Below the pieces are notes generated by a model. The model was not told the origin of the DNA and searched no databases. It was given only the letters and a program-made list of their open reading frames with translations. 64,000 nt of DNA. Source: the human T2T-CHM13v2.0 reference genome, Homo sapiens. Shown in pieces: positions 15,191 to 25,660 of this stretch (its first letter is position 1; every line of letters starts with the position of its first letter). The stretch spans positions 6,464,001 to 6,528,000 of the forward strand of contig CP068257.2 in NCBI GenBank assembly GCA_009914755.4, given 5' to 3'. A program made the position numbers and the translations under genes.

Positions 15191-16030
15191 AATAGACTGG
15201 AATTCATTTAAACCGAGTGTAATGGAATGGAATGGTATGGAATGGAATGGAATGGTATGGAATGGAATGGAATGGTATGGAATAGAATGGAATGGAATGG
15301 AATGGAATGGAATATAATGGTATTTAATCAACCCGAGTGGATCGGAATGGAATGGAATGGAATGGAACAGAATGGAATCGAGTCAACCCAAGAGGAACGG
15401 AATTGAATGGAATTGAATGGAATGGAAAGGAATGGAATGGAATGGAATATAATGGAAATGAGTCAACTGGAGTGGAATAGAATGGAATGGAATGGAATGG
15501 ATTGGAATGGAATGGAATGGAAAGGAATGAAATGGAATGGAGTGGTATAGAATGGAATTGAAACTACTCGATTGGAATGGAATGGAATGGAATAGACTTG
15601 AATGGAATCAACCCTAGTGGAATGGAATGGAATGGAATGGAATCAAATAGAATGGAGGTGAATGGAATGCAATGGAATAGAATGGAATTGAATCAACCCA
15701 TGTGGAATGGAATGGATTGGACTGGAATGGAACGGAATGGAACGGAATAGAATGGAATTGAATCAACCATAGTGGAAAGGAATGGAATGGAATGGAATGG
15801 AAATGAATCAACACGAGTGGAATTCATTGGAATGGAATGGAAAGGAAGGGAATTGAGTGGAATGGAATGGAATGGAGTGGAATGGAATGGAATCAAATGG
15901 AAAGGAAAGTAATGGAATCGACCCAAGTAGAATGGAATAGAATGGCATAGAATGGAATTGAATCAACCCGAGCGGAATTGAACGGAATTGAAGGGAATGG
16001 AATGGAATGGAACGGAATGGAATGGAATCA
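15191..16030 (+). repeat. Diverged partial copy of the HOR sub-unit (homologous to 8771-9500 and 7085-7470)
   Basis: Shared markers: 'gactggaattcattta[ag]a[cg]cgagt[gt]taatggaatggaatggtatgg', 'aatataatggtatttaatcaacccgagtggatcggaatgg', 'gaaactactcgattggaat', and 'gaaagtaatggaatcgacccaagtagaatgg' at 15901. There are numerous substitutions. Confidence 0.5.
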
Positions 16031-16400
16031 ACGCAAGTGGAATGGAATGGAATGGTTGGACCACAATAGATTGAAATCGAACCAACACGAGTGGAATGGA
16101 ATGGAATTGAATGGAATGCAATAGAATGGAATGGAATCCACTAGAGTGGAATGGAATGGAATGGAGTGGAGTGCAATGGAGTGTGGTGGAATGCAATGGA
16201 GTGGAGTGGAATAGAATGGAGTAGGGTGGAATTCACTGGAACGGAGTGGAATGTACTGGATTTGACTGGAATGGAGTTGAGTGGAGTGGAATGGAGTTGA
16301 CTGGAGTGGCATGGAATGGAGTGGAGTGGAGTGCAATGGAATACAGTAGACTGGAGTGGAGTGAATTGGTGTTGAATGGAAAGGAATGGAATGAAATGGA

Positions 16401-16462
16401 TACTTAGATTGTGCCACTGCACTAAAACCTGTGTGACAGTAGGGGAACCTGTCGAAAGAAAG
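16401..16462 (+). repeat. Embedded Alu-tail fragment, variant 2 (GATTGTGCCACTGCACTAAAACCTGTGTGACAG...CTGTCGAAAGAAAGG)
   Basis: Seen directly. Variant-2 copies (CAGCCTGTGTGAC, followed by GGAGTGGAATGGGA) lie at ~16406, 16748, 17695, 18186, 21098, 21842, 24118 and 24813. Confidence 0.8.
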
Positions 16463-18631
16463 GAGTGGAATGGGAAGGAGTGTAGTGTAGTGGAGTGGAG
16501 TGGAGTGGAATTGGAGATTAATATAATGGAGTGGAGTGGAATGGAATGGAGTGGAGTGGAATGGATTGCAGGGGAGTGGGGTGGAGAGCAGTGGAATGGA
16601 GTGGAGTGGAATGGAATGGAATGGAATGGAATGGAGTGGTCTGGAATGGAATGGAGTTGCGTGGAGTGGAGTTCAGTGGACTTGAATGGAATGGAATGGA
16701 ACTGAGTGAAATGGAATGGAATGGAATTGGTGCTGAGATTGTGCCACTGCGCTACAACCTGTGTGATAGAGGGAGATCCTGTCAAAAGAAAGAATTCGAA
16801 TGGGAAGAAGTGGAGTGGATTGGAGTTGAGTGGAATGGAATGGAATTGATTGGAGTGAAATGGAATGGAATGAATGGTAAAGGAATGGAATGGAGTGGAG
16901 TATGGTGGAATGGAATGGAGTGGAGCGTAGTGAAGTGCAGTTGAGTGGAATGGATTGGAGTGGAGTGAAATGCAGTGGAAAGGAGTTGAGCGCAATTTAC
17001 CGGAAAGCAGTGGAATGGAATGGGGAGGAATGGAAAGGCATGGAGTAGAATGGAGTGTAGTGGATTGGAGTGGAGTGGAATTGACTGGAGTGGACTGGAG
17101 TGCATTGGAGTTGGGTGGAATGGAATGGAATTCAATGGCCTGCAGTGGAATGGAATGCAGTGGTGTTGAGTGTAGTGGAGTGGAATGGAACAGAATGGAA
17201 TGGAATGGAAAGGAGGAGTGGAGTGGAGTGGAATTCAGTGGAGTGGATTGCAGTGGAATGGAATGGAATGGATTGGAATGGAGATGAGTGGAGTTGAAAG
17301 AAGTGGAGTGGAATGGAGTGCAGAGGAGTGGATAGGAGTGCAATGGATTGCAGTGGAATGGAATGGCATAAAGTGGAGTGGAATTTAGTGGAATGGAGTG
17401 GAATGGACTGGACTGGAATGGAATGGAATGGAGTGGAGTGGAATGGAATGGAGTGGAGTGGAATGGAATAGAGTGGAGTGGAGTGGAATGCAGTGGCGTG
17501 GAGTGGAATAGAGTGAAGAGGAGTGGATGTAGTGAAGTGAAGTGGAATGAAATGGGGTGGAGTGGAGTGGAATTGAATGGATTGGAGTGGAGTGCAAAGG
17601 AGTCGAATGGAAACGGATGCAAAGGAATGTAGTGGAATGGAGTGGATTTGACTGGAATGGAATGGAATGGAATGGAATGGAATGGAATCGCTGTTGAGAT
17701 CGTGTCACTGTGCTACAGACTGTGTGACAGAGGGAGATCCTCTGGAAAGAAAGGAGTGGAATGGGATGGTGTCGAGTGGATTGCAGTGGAGTGGAGTGAA
17801 ATGGAGTGGAATGGATTGGTGTGGAGTGTAATGGAGTGGAGTGGAGTGGACTGGAATGGAGTGGATTGGGTTGGAATGGAGTGCAGTGGAGTGGAATCAA
17901 GTGGAATGGAATGGGGTGGAGTGTGGTGGAATGGAATGGATTGGATTGGAGTGGAGTGGAGTGGAGCTTAATGTTATGGAGTGGAGTGGAATGGATTGGA
18001 ATGGACTGGAATGGAATGGATTGGAGTGGAGTGGAGAGCAGTGGAGTGGAGTGGAGTGGAATGGAATGGAATGGAGTGGCATGCAGTGGAGTGGAAGGGA
18101 GTGGAGTGGACTGGAGTGGAAAGGAGGTGAATGAAATGGAATGGAATGGAATGGAATGGAATGGAATGGAATGGAATGGGTGATGAGATTGTGCCACTGC
18201 ATCAAAACCTGTGTGACAGAGGGAGATCCTGTCAAAAGAAAGAATTGTAATCGGAAGCAGTGGAGTGGATTGGAGTTGAGTGAAACGGAATGGAATGGAG
18301 TGGAGTGGAGTGGAATGGAGTGGAGTGGAGTTGAATGGAATGTGGTGGAGTGGAATGAAGTCGAGTGGAATGGAGTGGAATGGAATGTGATGGAATGGAA
18401 TGGAATGGATTATGGTGGAGTGGAGTGGATTGAAGTGGAGTAGAGTGGATTGTAGTGGAATGAAATGGGATGGAATGGAATGCCATCGAGTGCAGTGGAG
18501 TGGAGTGGACTGGAGTGGAGGAGAGTGGAATGGAGTCGAGTGGAATAGAATGGAGTGGAACAGAATGGAATGGAATGCAATGGAATGGAATGCAAAGGAA
18601 TGGAATGCAATTAAATAGAATGGAATGGAAT

Positions 18632-18710
18632 GGTGAAATGAAATGTGAGCTGAATTGGTGCCACTGCACGCCAGCCTGGGTGACAGAGTGAGATGCTGTC
18701 GAAAGAAAGA
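18632..18710 (+). repeat. Embedded Alu-tail fragment, variant 1 (GGTGAAATGAAATGTGAGCTGA..GTGCCACTGCAC.CCAGCCTGGGTGACAGAGTGAGAT.CTGTCGAAAGAAAG)
   Basis: Seen directly. It is near-identical to the copy at 26039-26118, 7.4 kb downstream. Variant-1 copies lie at ~18966, 19492, 19858, 20218, 20406, 20612, 20828, 22450, 22773, 23217, 23400, 23601, 23832, 25390, 25660, 26060, 26378, 26856, 27228, 27385, 27797, 28168, 28647, 28995, 29400 and 30208. Confidence 0.8.
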
Positions 18711-19857
18711 AATGGAATGGAATGGAGTGGAGTGGAGTGGTGTGGAGTGGAGTGGTGTGGAGTGGAATGGAATGGGATGGACTATAATGGAATGGATTGC
18801 TGTGGATTGGAGTGGTGGAGAGTGGAATGGAGTCGAGTGGAATGGAATGGAATGGACTGGAGTGGAATGCAGTGGAATGGAATGGAAAGGAGTGGAGTGG
18901 AGTGCAGTGGAGTGGAGTGGAGTGGAATGGAATGGAATGGATTAGCGAAATGAAATGTAAGCTGAGATTATGTCACTGTACTCCAGAATGGGTGACAGAG
19001 TGACATCCTGTGGAATGTAAGGAATGGAATGGATTGGAGTGGAATGGTTTGGAATGTAGTGGAGTGGATAGGAGTGAAGTGGAGTAGAATAGAGTGGAGA
19101 GGAATGGAATGGCAGGGAGTGGATAGGAGTGGACGGGAGTGGAGTAGAATATAATGGAATGGGATGGAATCGAATGGAATGAAATGGAGGGGAGTGGAGT
19201 GTTGGGGAGAGGAGTGGAGTGGTATGGAATTGGATGGAATTGAATGTAGAGGAGTGGAGTGGAGAGGAGTGGAGTAGAGTGGATTGGTATGGAATTGGAT
19301 GGAATTGAATGTAGAGGAGTGGAGTGGAGAGGAGTGGAGTAGAGTGGAGTGGAATGGAACGAAATTGAATGAAGTGGAGCCAAGTGGAGTGGACTGGAGT
19401 GGAGTGGAATGGAATATAGTGGAATGGAAACGAATGGAATGGAAAGGAATGTAATGCAATTGAATGGAATGATAAAATGAAATATGAGTTGAGATTGTAA
19501 CACTGCACTCCAGCCATTGTCACAGAGTGAAATACTGTCGAAAGAAAGGAATGGAATGGACAGGTGTGGAATGGAATGGAATGGAGCGGAGTGGAGTGGA
19601 TTATAGTGGAATGGAGTGGAATGGAATGGGATGGAATGGGATGGAGTGGAGTGGAGTGGAGTGTAATGGAACGGTATGGTATGGTAAGGAACGGAATGGA
19701 ATGGAATGGAATGGAATGCAGTGGAGTGGAGTGGAGTTCGCAGGAGTGGAATTAAATGGGATGGAATAGAATTGAATGCATTGCAATGGAATGGAATGCA
19801 ATGGAATGAAATGCAATGGAATGCAATGGAATGGAATGTTGAATTGAAATGTGAGCT

Positions 19858-22772
19858 GAGATACTGCCACTGCACTCCAGCCTGGGTGACAGAGTGAGAT
19901 CCTCTCGAATGAGAGGAATGGAATGGAATGGAGTGAAGTGGAATGGAATGGAATGGAATGGAATGGAATGGAATGGAATGGAGTGGAGTGGAGTGGAATG
20001 GAATAGAATGGAGTGGAATGGAATGTGATGGAGTGGAAGGAATGGAGTGGAGGGGAGTGGAGTGGACGGGAGTGGAGTGGAGAGAAATGGAGTGAAATGG
20101 AATGGGATGGAATGGAATGGGGGAGGGGAGGGGAGTGGAGTGGAATTGAGTGTAGTGGGATAGAATGGAATGGAAAGGAAAGAAATACAATGGAATGGTG
20201 AAATGAAATGTGAGCTGAGATTGTGCCCCTGTATTCCAGCCATTTTTGACACAGTGATATCCCGTCGGAAGAAGGGAATGGAATGGAATGGGGTGGAATG
20301 GAATGGAATGGAATGGAATGGGGTTTAATGGAATGGAATGGAATGGAATGGAATGGAATGGAATGGAATGGAATGGAATGGAATGGAGAAATTAAATGTG
20401 AGCTAAGATTGTGCCACTGCACTCCAGTCTGGGTGACAGAGAGAGATCCATTTAGAAATAAAGGAATGGAATGGAATGTAGTAGAATGGAATGACTGGAG
20501 TGGCGTGGAGTGGAGTGGAGTGGCGTGGAGTGGAGTTGAGTGGAGTGGAGTGGAAAGGAATTTAGGGGAATGGAATGGAATGGAATGGAATGGTGAAATG
20601 AAATGTGAGCTGGGATTTTGTAATTGCACTCCATTTTGGGTGACAGAGTGAGATCCTGTCGAAAGAAAATATTGGAATGGAATGGAGTGTAGTGGAATTG
20701 AAAAGAATGGAGTGGACTGGAGTGGAGTGGAGTGGAATGGAATGGAAGGGAATGGAATGGAATGGAATGGAAGGGAAAGGAAAGGAATGGAATGGAAGGT
20801 AAGGGAATGGGGAAATGAAATGTGAGCTGACATTGTGGCACTGCACTCCAGCCTCGGTGACCGAGTGAGATCCTGTCGAAAGAAAATATTGGAATGGAAT
20901 GGAGTTCAATGTAACGGAATAGAGTAAAGTGGAGTGGAACGGAATGTGATGGAATGAAATGTAGTGGAGTGGAGTAGAGTGGAACGGAATGGAGTGGAGT
21001 GGAGTGGAATGGAGTGGAGTGCAGTGGAGTGGAGTGCAGTGGAATTCATTGGAATGGAATGCAGTGGAATGGAATGAAAAGGAATTTAACAGGTGCTGAG
21101 ATTGTGCTACTGCACTACAGCCTGTGTGACAGAGGTAGATCCTGTCGAAAAATAGGCGTGCAATGGGTTGGAGCAGAGTGGAGTGGAGTGGAATGGAGTG
21201 GAGTGGAGTGGACTGGAGTGGAGTGGAATGGAATGAAGTGGAGTGGAATGGACTGGAGTGGAATGGAATGGAATGGAGTGGAATGGAATGGAATGCAGTG
21301 GAGTGGAGTGGAACGGACTGGAGTGGAGTGGAATGGAGTGGAGTGGAGTAGAGTGGAATGGGGTGGAGAGGAGTGGAGTGGAGTGGAATGGAATGGAATG
21401 CAATGCAATGCAGTGGAGTGGAGTGGAATGGAGTGGCATGGAATGGAATGGAGTGGAGTGGAATGGAATGGATTGCAGTGGAGTGGAATGGAATGGAGTG
21501 GAGTGGAATGGACTGAAGTGAAATGGAATCGAATGGAGTGGAATGGAATGGAGTGGAGTGGAGTGGAGAGGAATGGAATGGAATGGAATGGAATGGAATG
21601 GAATGGAATGGATGGAATGCAATTATGTGGAGCGGAACACAGTGGAGAGGAGTGGAAAGGAATGGAATGGAATAGAGTGGAGTGGATTGCAGTGAAGTGG
21701 AGAAAAGTGCAATGTAGTGGAATGGAATCAGATGTAATGGAATGTAGTACACTGGAGTGGAGTGAAGTGGAACGAACAGGAATGGAACGGAATGGAACGG
21801 AACAGAATGGAACAGAACGGAACGGAATGGAATGGGTGCTGAGATTGTGCCACTGCACTACAGCCTGCATGACAGAGAGAGATATTGTAGAAAGAAAGGA
21901 GTGGAATGGGATGGGGGAAGTGGAGTTTAGTGGAGTGGAATGGAGTGGAGTTGAATGGACTGGAATGGAGTGGAGTGGAGTGGAACGGAATGCAGTGGAG
22001 TGGAATGGAGTGGAGTGGAATGGAGTAGAGTGGAGTGGAGTGGAATTCGGTGGAGTGGAATGGAGTAGAATGGAATGCAATGGAATGGAATGGAGTCGAC
22101 TGGATTGGTGTGGAGTGGAATGAAGTGGATTGAAGTAGAATTAGCGGAATGGAATGGGATGGAATGGAATGGAATGAAGGGGAGTGGAGTGGGGTGGAGT
22201 GGAGTGCAGTGGAATTGAGCGGAATGGAATGGGATGGAGTGGATGGAGTGGAATGGAGTGGAGCGCAGTAGAGTGAATAGGAATGGAATGGAGTGGAATG
22301 GAATTGAATGTAGTGGAATGTAGTGGAGTGGAGTGGAATGGAGTGGGATGGAATGGAATTGAATTGAATGGAATGGAATTGAACGGAATGCAATGGAATG
22401 CAATGGAATAGTATGCAATGCAATGGAAAGTTGACATGTAATGTGAGCTGAGATTGTGCCACTGTACTCCAGCCTCGGTGATACAGTGATATCCTGTCAA
22501 AAGAAAGGAATGGAATGCAATGGAGTGAAATGGAATGGAAGGGAAGGGAATGGAATGCAGGCGAGTGGAGTGGAGTGGAGTTGAATGGAATGGTATGGTA
22601 TGGAATGGAATGGAATGGAATGCAGTGGAGTGGAGTGGAGCTCGCAGGACTGGAATGGAATGGGATGGAATGGAATTGAATGCATTACAGTGGAATGGAA
22701 TGCAATGGAAAGGAATGAAATGACATGCAATGGAACGGAATAGAATGGAATGGAATGGTGAAATGAAATTTG
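19858..22772 (+). repeat. Copy 1 of a ~2.9-3.0 kb tandem duplication within the composite satellite
   Basis: The Alu-fragment series at 19858/20218/20406/20612/20828/21098/21842/22450 matches the series at 22773/23217/23400/23601/23832/24118/24813/25390 (offsets 2915-3020). The intervening text is homologous, e.g. ORF 20283..20651 ('...NGEIKCELRLCHCTPVWVTERDP...') vs 23091..23438 ('...NGEIKCELRLCQCPPVRITD'), and the (GGGGA)n blocks at 20119 and 23108. Confidence 0.7.
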
Positions 22773-25660
22773 AGCTGAAATACTGCCACTGCACTACAGC
22801 CTGGGTGACAGAATGAGATCCTCTCAAAAGAGAAGAATGGAATGGAATGGATTGGAATGGAATGGAATGGAATGGAATGGAATGGAGTGGAGTGGAGTGG
22901 AGTGGAGTGGAGTGGAGTGGAATGGAATAGAATGGAGTGGAATGGAATGGGATGGAGTGGAAGGAATGGAGTGGAGGGGAGTGGAGTGGAGAGAAATGGA
23001 GTGAAATGGAATGGGATGGAATGGAATGGAGTGGAGTGGAGTGGAGTTGATTGGAGTGGAGTGGAATGGAGTGGAATGCAATAGAATGGAATGGTATGGA
23101 ATGGAATGGGGGAGGGGAGGGGAGGGGAGTGGAGTGGAGTGGAATTGAGTGTAGTGGCACAGCATGGAATGGAAAGGAAAGGAATACGATGGAATGGTGA
23201 AATGAAATGTGAGCTGAGATTGTGTCCCTGTATTCCAGCCTTTTTTGACAGAGAGATATCCCATCGAAAGAAAGGAATGGAATGGAATGGGGTGGAATGG
23301 AATGGGGTGGAATGGAATGGGGTGGAATGGAATGGAATGGAATGGAATGGAATGGAATGGAATGGAATGGAATGGAATGGAGAAATTAAATGTGAGCTAA
23401 GATTGTGCCAATGCCCTCCAGTCAGGATTACAGATTGAGATCCATTTCGAAATAAAGGAATGGAATGGAATGGAGTAGAATGGAATGACTGGAGTGGCGT
23501 GGAGTGGAGTCGAGTAGCATGCAGTGGAGTTGAGTGGAGTGGAATGGAATTTCGGGGAATGGAATGGAATGGAACGGAATGGTGAAATGAAATGTGAGCT
23601 GGGATTTTGTAATTGCACTCCATTTTGGGTGACAGAGTGAGATCCTGTCAAAAGAAAATATTGAAATGGAATGGAGTGAAAATGAATGGAATAGAATGGA
23701 GTGGAGTGCAGTGGAGTGGAGTGGAGTGGAATGGAATGGAAGGGAATGGAATGGAATGGAAGGGAAGGGAAGGGAAGGGAAGGGAAGGGAAAGGAATGGA
23801 ATGGAAGGGAAGGGAATGAGGAAATGAAATGTGAGCTGACATTGTGGCACTGCACTCCAACCTGGGTGACACAGTGAGATCCTGTCGAAAGAAAATATTG
23901 GAATGCAATGGACTGCAATGTAATGGAATACAGTAAAGTGGAGTGGAAAGGAGTGGAATGGAATGTGATGGAATGAAATGGACTGGAGTGGAGTGGAGTA
24001 GAGTGGAACGGAATGGAAAGGAGTGGAGTGGAGTGGAGTGGAGTGCAGTGGAATGAGGTGCAGTGGAATTCATTGGAATGGAACGGAATGGAATGAAAAG
24101 GAATGCAATAGGTGTTGAGATTGTGCTACTGCACTACAGCCTGTGTGACAGAGGCAGATCCTGTCAAAAGATAGGCGTGGAATAGGTTGGAGTACAGTGG
24201 AGTGGAGAGGAGTGGAATGGAGTGGAGTGGACTGGAGTGGAATGGAATGGATTGGAGTGGAATGGAAAGGACTGGAGTGGAGTGGAATGGAATGAAGTGG
24301 AGTGGAGTGGAGTGGAGTGGAATGGAGTGGAGTGGAATGGAATGGAATGGAGTGGAGTGGAGTGGAGTGGAATGGAGTTGAGTGGAGTGGAATGGAGTGG
24401 CATGGAATGTAAAGGAATGGAGTGGAATGGCATGGACTGGAGTGGAGTGGAATGGAAGGGAGTGGAGTGGAATGGAATGGAATGGAGTGGAATGGAATGG
24501 AGTGGTGAGGAGTGGACTGGAGAGGAATGGAATGGAATGGAATGGCATGGCATGGCATGACATGGCATGGCATGGAATGGAATGGAATGGAATGGAATGG
24601 AATGGAATTAAGTGGAGTGGAGCAGAGTGGAGAGGAGTGGAAAGGAGTGGAATGGAATGGAGTGGAATGGAGTACAGTGAAGTGGAGAGAAGTGCAATGA
24701 AGTGGAATGGAATCGGATGTAATGGAATGTAGTACAGTGTAGTGGAGTTAAGTGGAACGAAATGGAATGGAACGGGACGGAACGGAATGGAACGGAATAG
24801 AATGGGTGCTGAGATTGTGCCACTGCACTACAGCCTGTGTGACAGAGAGAGATACTGTAGAAAGAAAGGAGTGGAATGGGATAGAGGGGAGTGGAGTTTA
24901 GAGGAGTGGAATGGAGTGGAGTGGAATGGTGTGGAATGGAGTGGAGTGGAGTGGAATTAAATGCAGTGGAGTGGAATGGAGTGCAGTGGAGTGGAGTGGA
25001 ATTCATTGGAGTGGAGTGGAGTGGAGTATAATGGAATGCAATGGAACGGAATGGAATGGAATGGAATGGAGTCGACTGGATTAGTGTGGAGTAGAGTGAA
25101 GTGGATTGAGGAGGAACGGAGCGGAATGGAATGAGATGGAATGGAATGGAATGAAGTGGAGTGGAGTGGGGTGGAGTGGAGTGCAGTGGAATGGTGTGGA
25201 ATGGAATGGGATGGAGTGGATGGAGTGGAATGGAGTGGAGCGCAGTAGAGTGAATATGAGTGGAATGGAGTGGAATGGAAACGAATGTAATGGAATGTAG
25301 TGGAGTGGAGTGGAACGGAGTGGGATGGAATGGAATTGAATGGAATGCAATGGAATACAATGCAATGCAATGGAAAGTTGACATGTAATGTGAGCTGAGA
25401 TTGTGCCACTGTACTCCAGCCTCGGTGACACAGTGATATCCTGTCAAAAGAAAGGAATGGAAATGAATGGAGTTGAATGGAATGGGATGAAAGGGAATGG
25501 AATGGAGGGGAGTGGAGTGGAGTGGAGTGGATTCGAGTGGAATGGAGTCGAATGGAATGGGATGGAGTGGAATGGAGTGGAGTGAATTGGAGTGAAATAG
25601 AGTGGAATGGAGTGGGATGGAATGGAATACAGTGGAATGGTGAAAAGAAATGTGAGGTGA
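22773..25660 (+). repeat. Copy 2 of the ~2.9-3.0 kb tandem duplication within the composite satellite
   Basis: See copy 1. Confidence 0.7.

Larger units (their letters stand above)
1..16140 (+). repeat. Human satellite III (HSat3)-type pentameric satellite, (GGAAT)n with CAACCCGAGT decamer punctuation
   Basis: Seen directly: near-continuous tggaa/ggaat pentamers on the + strand, interrupted every ~40-200 bp by '(a)tcaacccgagtgg' and variants (caacccaagtgg, caacctgagtgg). This is the diagnostic HSat3 signature. The complementary strand (ATTCC)n contains no stop codons, which explains the dense minus-strand ORF track. Confidence 0.9.

Noticed and set aside
16141-17622. Very long ORFs in the satellite (493 aa here; also 456 aa at 28100..29470, 410 aa at 19601..20833, 405 aa at 18973..20190, 396 aa at 20562..21752, 374 aa at 20999..22123), mostly on the minus strand
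   Set aside because: (ATTCC)n/(ACTCC)n and their frame shifts contain no stop codons and translate to low-complexity IPFHS/MEWNG repeats. They have no start context and no domain. This is a composition artefact.
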